The notes under the pieces are model-generated. The model had not been told where the DNA came from, ran no database searches, and saw only the letters and a list, made by a program, of their open reading frames with translations. DNA of 63,861 bases, counting the filler, from Perkinsus chesapeaki ATCC PRA-425 (lineage: Eukaryota > Protista > Perkinsozoa), in NCBI GenBank assembly GCA_013115145.1. It is 8 parts of 8 records of this genome, joined end to end, with 100 filler letters (N's around TTAATTAATTAA, not from the genome) between each part and the next. Parts side by side here need not be neighbours in the genome. Positions count along the whole stretch, not along the records: positions 55,819 to 58,722 come from JAAPAO010001495.1; positions 58,823 to 62,392 come from JAAPAO010001389.1; positions 62,493 to 63,861 come from JAAPAO010002011.1; 5 more parts are not named here. One strand, written 5' to 3'. Position numbers and translations under genes: made by a program. Each line of letters opens with the position of its first letter. Position 1 is the first letter of the stretch. Below, one piece after another: positions 57,671 to 63,861 of this stretch.

Positions 57671-58824
57671 ACTTCACATCCCACACTCATACATCCGTGG
57701 TAGACAGTGATAACTTGTCACCGGGACGGTGACACGCAGTTCCAGTGCAGCTTCACATCGCCACGGCAGCTTGTACCGCAGTCCTGTAGATCCAGAATGT
57801 TCAAACTTTTCAGTGTAGTTGCCTACACTTTTTGCCTATCGTGCCTGGGTACAATCTCATAGTTCGAGCACAGCGGCACAAGTGTAGGGACCTGAGGATG
57901 TATTTTTTCCCACTGTTATCACCATTTGTACAGGTGCACGTGTACGTTAGCTGTTCCGCAGTCGCATGGGCTCTACGTTGGAGCTTCCAGCTCGGAGGTC
58001 CGTCGTGCCCTCCAGCAAACATAAGAATCGAAGCCTGGAGTACTTTGGAGTTCTACGAGAGCGGCGGAGGTCTTGCTGGGGTCGTCAATTATGGACGTAA
58101 ATACAGTTTAAATACGAACAGGTATAGAGACTATACTACAGACAATAGGACAGAACTCCCATCATTGGAGGCAGAAGTTATCAGAGATCGTATGGCACAG
58201 TTCGCCGGATTATCTCTCCTGTCGAGATTCGCAGTCCTCGCTACTGTTTCCTCTCACTTGCCACTCTAGTGTTGTTATGTTTATTAAGTTCGAACAAGAG
58301 ACATTGATGCGAACTGAAGCGGAACTTGTGGATATGTAGGGCATCACAGCTACAGAAATGAAACAACGAGAGTTGGACAGGCAACACCACTTCCATTCTA
58401 AGACTCGAAGGCAAGTGGCATACTAGCTAAGATGATAGTAGGATATATCCTCAGACTATCAATATAGTATCTTCTTACGATAAAGCTGATCATCAGCTGC
58501 TGATGGAGGTCGTTGGCGACTAACGGAGAGAGCCAATAATCTTGAGGAGTAGATTATTGAAATCCCCGAGATCTTCGTCGTCAGCAGGCCAAGGACTCTC
58601 AGCCTCACTCTGGTCAACTTCAGGCTGCTCCGGAGGGGTCTCAATTGCTCCAGCACAACCCAGTTGAAGGTGCATGCGAGCGATAAGCCCACGTTCTTCA
58701 AGCATCACAATATTATCGTAAGNNNNNNNNNNNNNNNNNNNNNNNNNNNNNNNNNNNNNNNNNNNNTTAATTAATTAANNNNNNNNNNNNNNNNNNNNNN
58801 NNNNNNNNNNNNNNNNNNNNNNAT

Positions 58825-58897
58825 TGTATTGCTTCTTATATCGTAGTCTACTGTATTGCTTCTTATATCGTAGTCTACTGTATTGCTTCTTATATAG
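58825..58897 (+). repeat. 27-bp tandem repeat, ~2.7 copies, at contig start
   Basis: TGTATTGCTTCTTATATCGTAGTCTAC twice, plus a partial third copy. Confidence 0.9.
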
Positions 58898-59629
58898 TCT
58901 CTAGTGGTACTAACTTAGTGCGCTTGTACCTATTGTCCCAGGCTCGCAGTATTGGTATTCTGGTTCAAGCTCCTTTGTTATGTTACTCTTAGAAGTTCAT
59001 CAACTGATACCGCGACAGCTGCTATTATTCGCTGTCTACGTGCACGTCAGAATTCAATTCCCATCACTGTTAAGGAACTGAATGAATCATTTCTGTCCTT
59101 GGAAGACATGTAGCAGTAGACTGCAAAACTCAAGCCGAAGATTGAGAGTGAAAGCCCCCATCAGTTCATCTTAAGAACGCCTATTGAACGTTCGCCAAGC
59201 TTCAGCACTCTAGCAATGTATGGAACATGCGATATGTTACATACATTACCGAATGACACATAGGCTCAGTTCATCAAGGAGTTTTAAGTCGTAAATGATG
59301 AGTATGTCTAAACCATCGGGGGGTTGTGGAAGATTTTATGCGACGAATAAGGACGGCGATGCGTGTATAGCACCGGAGACTGTGCAGCCTGAACCAATAG
59401 TATGGTGCGGAAGTGATGACTTATCACTGGTAAGTGCTTATTTGCATTCGCATAGCATTTATCCGCATCAGCTGCTGCGGGATGTCTGGTACTGCTAGGC
59501 AATCCACTTGCTCACAACTTCGGCAATTTCGTGTACTAAATCCCTGACAAAGTCTTTGTCGCAGTGATGACCAATACTCTAAAAAGCCTTCGGCAGAAGA
59601 CGATAAAAGCACGGCGAATGATAAAGACA

Positions 59630-62276
59630 TTCACAGTATGAATTTCACACTGAGGTGATTCACCTCAGGTGAAATATTAACAGCAAGTCATATATAAGGC
59701 AAATTACAAATGGTTCGGCACCTACTCATTCTGCATGTTGCACCAAAAGCAATGTGACGCGTCTGGTACCTGCGCAAGACATTGAATTCGAAAATGTTGA
59801 TGAAATCTTACGTTAATAACTTGAAGCCCCGGCCTTCCTTTGGTGATCCCACTTGGATACCAAGGATCCGCGTCACCATTGATCAATAATATATTATTAG
59901 CTCCATGCAAGTCCTCTCCAACATATTCTTGTAAATCCTTAACGTTGCGAAGAAACTGGCAATTCTGAGAGCTCTTAACAAGTCCATTAATACTCTTACC
60001 TCGCCTCCCGACACTCCAAATCCTTCCTTGCATACCATCAGGTTAAAAGCGACCCAATTCGTCTTTGTATAAAAAGGACATGTCCGTGACCCATCGCATG
60101 ACCCAAAAAGTCCCTGACTGGCACATATGTAAAACAGGTCGAGTCTCGCTGGATCTCTGCTCATCGAATCCCGCAACCTGTCAAACACCAATATCTCCAA
60201 GCGACGTACAACTCTCGCATTCACTAGCAGAGCAGATTACGATTTGATAAATGCTTTGAAGGGGTAACCTCGGCAGCGTCCAGGTGGTATAGGCTCATTC
60301 GTATTGAGGATGTCAGCCAGTTTATCAAGCGAGGACTCACTGAACAGGTAACCCAATAGTTTTGATACTTCAGCAGATAAAGCCCTTCCTTGCCTCCCGT
60401 TTGTGAGTCTACCACAGATCTTCTCTATGTTGTGGTAATCTGTCGCACGATGAGGGTCGTTATACTGTGGGCTCATTCCGAGGAGACGTCCCCCAATCGA
60501 GCTGAGAGGTCGAAGCTCGAAGAGCCACAGTGCTGCTCACCTTAATGTCTGATTGTTCACATCCTCCAGATACCTGTCGCAGTATCGGAATTTCTCTTCG
60601 ACTGATCGGCGACCTTTGACCTTTTCCAAAGCCTGCGCATACTCTTGGTGAGCTTTAGTGAGCTATAATAATAGGATGCAGGGTATTCAATAATATACTT
60701 CTTAACTTACCGCATCTACGCATGCTGGGCTACCTCCAAGGTGTGGGTTGGAGAAATCCTTCGCTACATGAGACCAGTACCTTGGCAGGACAATAATACA
60801 TCCGTATCGTGATTAGCGTAAGTCATACTGTATGGACCGTACAGCTTGAAGCTTTTTGATAGTTGCCTTGTGCGTCGCCCCGTGGAATCGAAACACTTTT
60901 GATACAAAGTTAAAGAATGAATGCTAATACCACGGTAATATATTCAGATGGCCCACATACATGTGAGCCATCTGCATTACAAACCAGTTATGAATCAAGA
61001 AGAACTCAAAAGCCACTGATCAATCGAAGTTTGAACCACTTAAACTCAGAGGCTTTTTCGTTTACCCACTTAACATCGATTGGCGTAATCTTGAATGGAC
61101 TTGAAGATGCGACAGCCCCAGCGAAGATTTTCGGATGTCTTTGTCGGGCCAGAGCGGCTATCATCTGAAAGGATAATCAAGTTTAGGTATCTTGCACGTC
61201 CGACTCGGACGGTCCGAGCTGTACCCCTGTCCTGCTGCAACCGAAGAGAACTATCTTCACGTCAGGTACCTTTGACCTTAAATGGGTACCAAAATGTACG
61301 ACATCCTCGACCATCTGTTTGACTGTCAGCAGCTTCTTGAGTGTCCCGTTGGAATATTCATTCGTGGGAAAGCTGGTTCCAGAATACCTAGATTTTGGAC
61401 ATTAACAGGGCGGTTATAAAAGTAGAGGCTCGTTCAAGCCGTTCTCACCTTTCTTCTATCACGTAAATAGCTGCTCTTACTTTGGCCGCCGGCTCGAGCA
61501 CATCAAATATCGGGTCCTTGTTCATCCTCAGCCTGGCGAGGCGCACGAATATTATCTGACAGAAGGCCTCCCATTGGACAGAGACATTCATCAAACTTAC
61601 CGGCTTTTTGTTATCAAAAAAGTCAAAGGAACGCACGAACTGCTGAGCAAATAGTCCGGCTTCAGGACCTAGAAGGAATCCCTTCCAATGCTTTATTTGG
61701 AAAGGCTTCGATGGATAACTTCCCAGCAATCTCGTTTGCTGGTCAACTGCTGGCTAACAATTTTAAATCGGGCAAATGCACTTCCTTCTTGGCGGTAGGC
61801 ATGGTGTAAACACGCTTCTCTACCTTGACATGCTCCGCAGTCTGTAGTGGACGGAAACTCTTGAAGGTGCGCTTGTCGAAATACCCTATTTCGATTTACC
61901 TTCTGAGTGATCGACAAGTTGTTCAAACGATGACTCAACCCAGCGAATCGACGTCAAATTTCTTCGATACCCCAGAGGACTGTATCTGACAAATAGGCGA
62001 TTTGCATCATGGAGACCACACCGAGCTATTAGTGAAGCCAGTAAGAAGTTTGTAGTTCTCACCTGTCCTGGCTGTCCAGGAATTCCGTCAAATTCTGTGA
62101 AGCTCCACACCAGTTAAGGTAGACAAGGAAAAGGACTGTGATCATGCTTTCGCTCCAGGAGGGAAAACGACTGGATAATCGAATAGTTCATCATCTACGA
62201 GGGCATGTACGCACGCGTGTAAGGGTGGCCAGCTTTTGGGCGCCTCGCCAAATGTCAACAGAGTGGCGCGGCGCAT
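59630..62276 (-). CDS. Serine carboxypeptidase family S28 (prolylcarboxypeptidase/TSSP-like), multi-exon
   Basis: FEQLVDHS; RYSGTSFP...LKKLLTVKQMVEDV; IVLFGCSRTG|MIAALARQRHPKIFAGAVASSSP; LFYICASQG; LLINGDADPW; DASHCF. Start and end are approximate. Confidence 0.82.
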
Positions 62277-62492
62277 ACGCGCTAGCGTAGGTTGCCGGGA
62301 GTACTGGCCAGTAAGGATACCTGAATCAGGCCATATTGAAAACACATCTAAACTAGATAGTCTGCAGGCTAAAAGCCCGCTCTTAACGTAGANNNNNNNN
62401 NNNNNNNNNNNNNNNNNNNNNNNNNNNNNNNNNNNNTTAATTAATTAANNNNNNNNNNNNNNNNNNNNNNNNNNNNNNNNNNNNNNNNNNNN

Positions 62493-63861
62493 AGTCGTTT
62501 GGAAGATTTTGCAAATCGTGGGAAATCGTCGACAGTAACAATCGAACAATCGAATAATGTTTGTTAGTTCCATCAATTCCTACTTCAACCATCGATTCGA
62601 TTGCATCACATCACTTCCTCGAGGTAAATTATATAACTTATTAATTTAGTAATTTATCAATTATCAGAATAACCCAATTCATCAACCATCACAGTTGTTG
62701 ATGTCCTCTCAACCATTTCCTCATCCTTCATTTGATTTAAGTAATTTCTTCCGGTCGATTCCCTTTTTTATTTTTCTTATCAGATTTATCCAATCGTTCA
62801 ATAATAATTCCACCGATAACTCATCATCAATTTAATCATTTATCCAACCGATTCCTCAATAACACAACTGGACGAGGTTCCTTCATCCCTCCACTTTCAA
62901 CAAATATACTTTCATCATCATCCTCACCAATACAACAACAACAAGCATCACAACCGTTTGATATATTGACGAGGAGCACTTTATTGATGTTTGATCAACA
63001 AGTAAAATTAAATAATATAAATAATAATTCCATTATGATTTATTCAGGCTAATCCATCATCATGGGTTCCTAGACTACCTCCTCCCACACTTTATGGTAA
63101 CATCCTTCTATGGCATCTTGTATGACATTTTATTATTCCCAATTTTTTATTTCTATTTCCGTTAGTGTCGGTTGGGAGAAGTCTTGCGAGGTTTACAGTT
63201 ATCAATTCTTTCAACTGCTCTACAAAGAATACGTAATCAAACATTTAATAAATTGGAATGCTTCATCGAAGTAATCACTTTTAGGTTTTCACAAATTAAA
63301 GCGGACGAGTCGGTCGACCGCGGCGATTATTAAACTGGACGAATTATTTAGTAATTTGCTTTTTTCGTGAAATATTCATTCATTTTTCAGATGGTGAGGG
63401 TTTTTTAGGAAATAGAATTGATAAAATAAATCGACGTGAACGGCTTAAAGTTCATTCCAATAATGATGGTATTCTCATTCAATTGCTTCATTCTTCTTCC
63501 ACTTGTTATTTTTAGGTCCTTTAAATATCTATTTGGTCAATCACAACAATAATACTTTTGATTCTAATTCAACTCAACTTCTTCGCTCCGTCTTTCGTCT
63601 TTTCATATCTTTTAAAATTAATGTTGCAGAAGATGTTGTGATGGCATCTGCGGGAAATAATAAATTAATAACTTTTGCGAGAGATATCCAATTCCCCGCC
63701 GGAGCACAAATGATTCGAAATATTATCAATTCAGCCAAACAAAGAAAAGTAATAAACGAATACATTCTTCATCTCATAATTGAATACTTCAGTTACGTTT
63801 CACTTTGAGGAAACTTTATCGAAAATCTCGAGGATCGAGAATTAAAGCAACCTTAGGAATG
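62493..63861 (-). other. AT-rich contig, probably carrying fragments of a spliced hypothetical gene
   Basis: Visibly more AT-rich than the other contigs. Short minus-strand open segments (IQDAIEGCYHKVWEE|GT; SNGCDACCCCIGEDDDESIFVESGG...) give no recognisable family. Confidence 0.35.

Noticed and set aside
57832-58708. 145-aa ORF and adjacent minus-strand ORFs
   Set aside because: No family signal and no convincing start or splice context.

Overview
Eukaryotic, intron-dense genomic DNA. Short GT-AG introns, gene families and style suggest a Perkinsus-like alveolate; this is inference, not a database result. The window is eight contigs joined by identical 100-bp linkers (N44-TTAATTAATTAA-N44), so adjacency across linkers is unproven. 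Spliced genes were reconstructed by eye, so boundaries are approximate. They comprise a DUF4286-like protein, an intronless OSCA/TMEM63 channel, a DoxX-like membrane protein, a histidine acid phosphatase, a cathepsin L-like protease, a CNNM (DUF21-CBS) transporter, a probable Helitron-type Rep-helicase 5' half, USB1, an iGluR-like protein, a Ty3/Gypsy integrase, S10 and S28 peptidases, and tRNA-Leu(CAA) and tRNA-Ala(AGC). There are three main highlights. (1) A gene at 37203-42359 encodes a coiled coil followed by eight tandem group I truncated-haemoglobin domains in a strict (A-B)x4 pattern, with different distal pockets in A and B. (2) Non-coding DNA is full of perfect inverted repeats with exactly one unpaired central base, often in overlapping chains. 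(3) tRNA sequences (one intact, several 3' remnants) recur inside introns.
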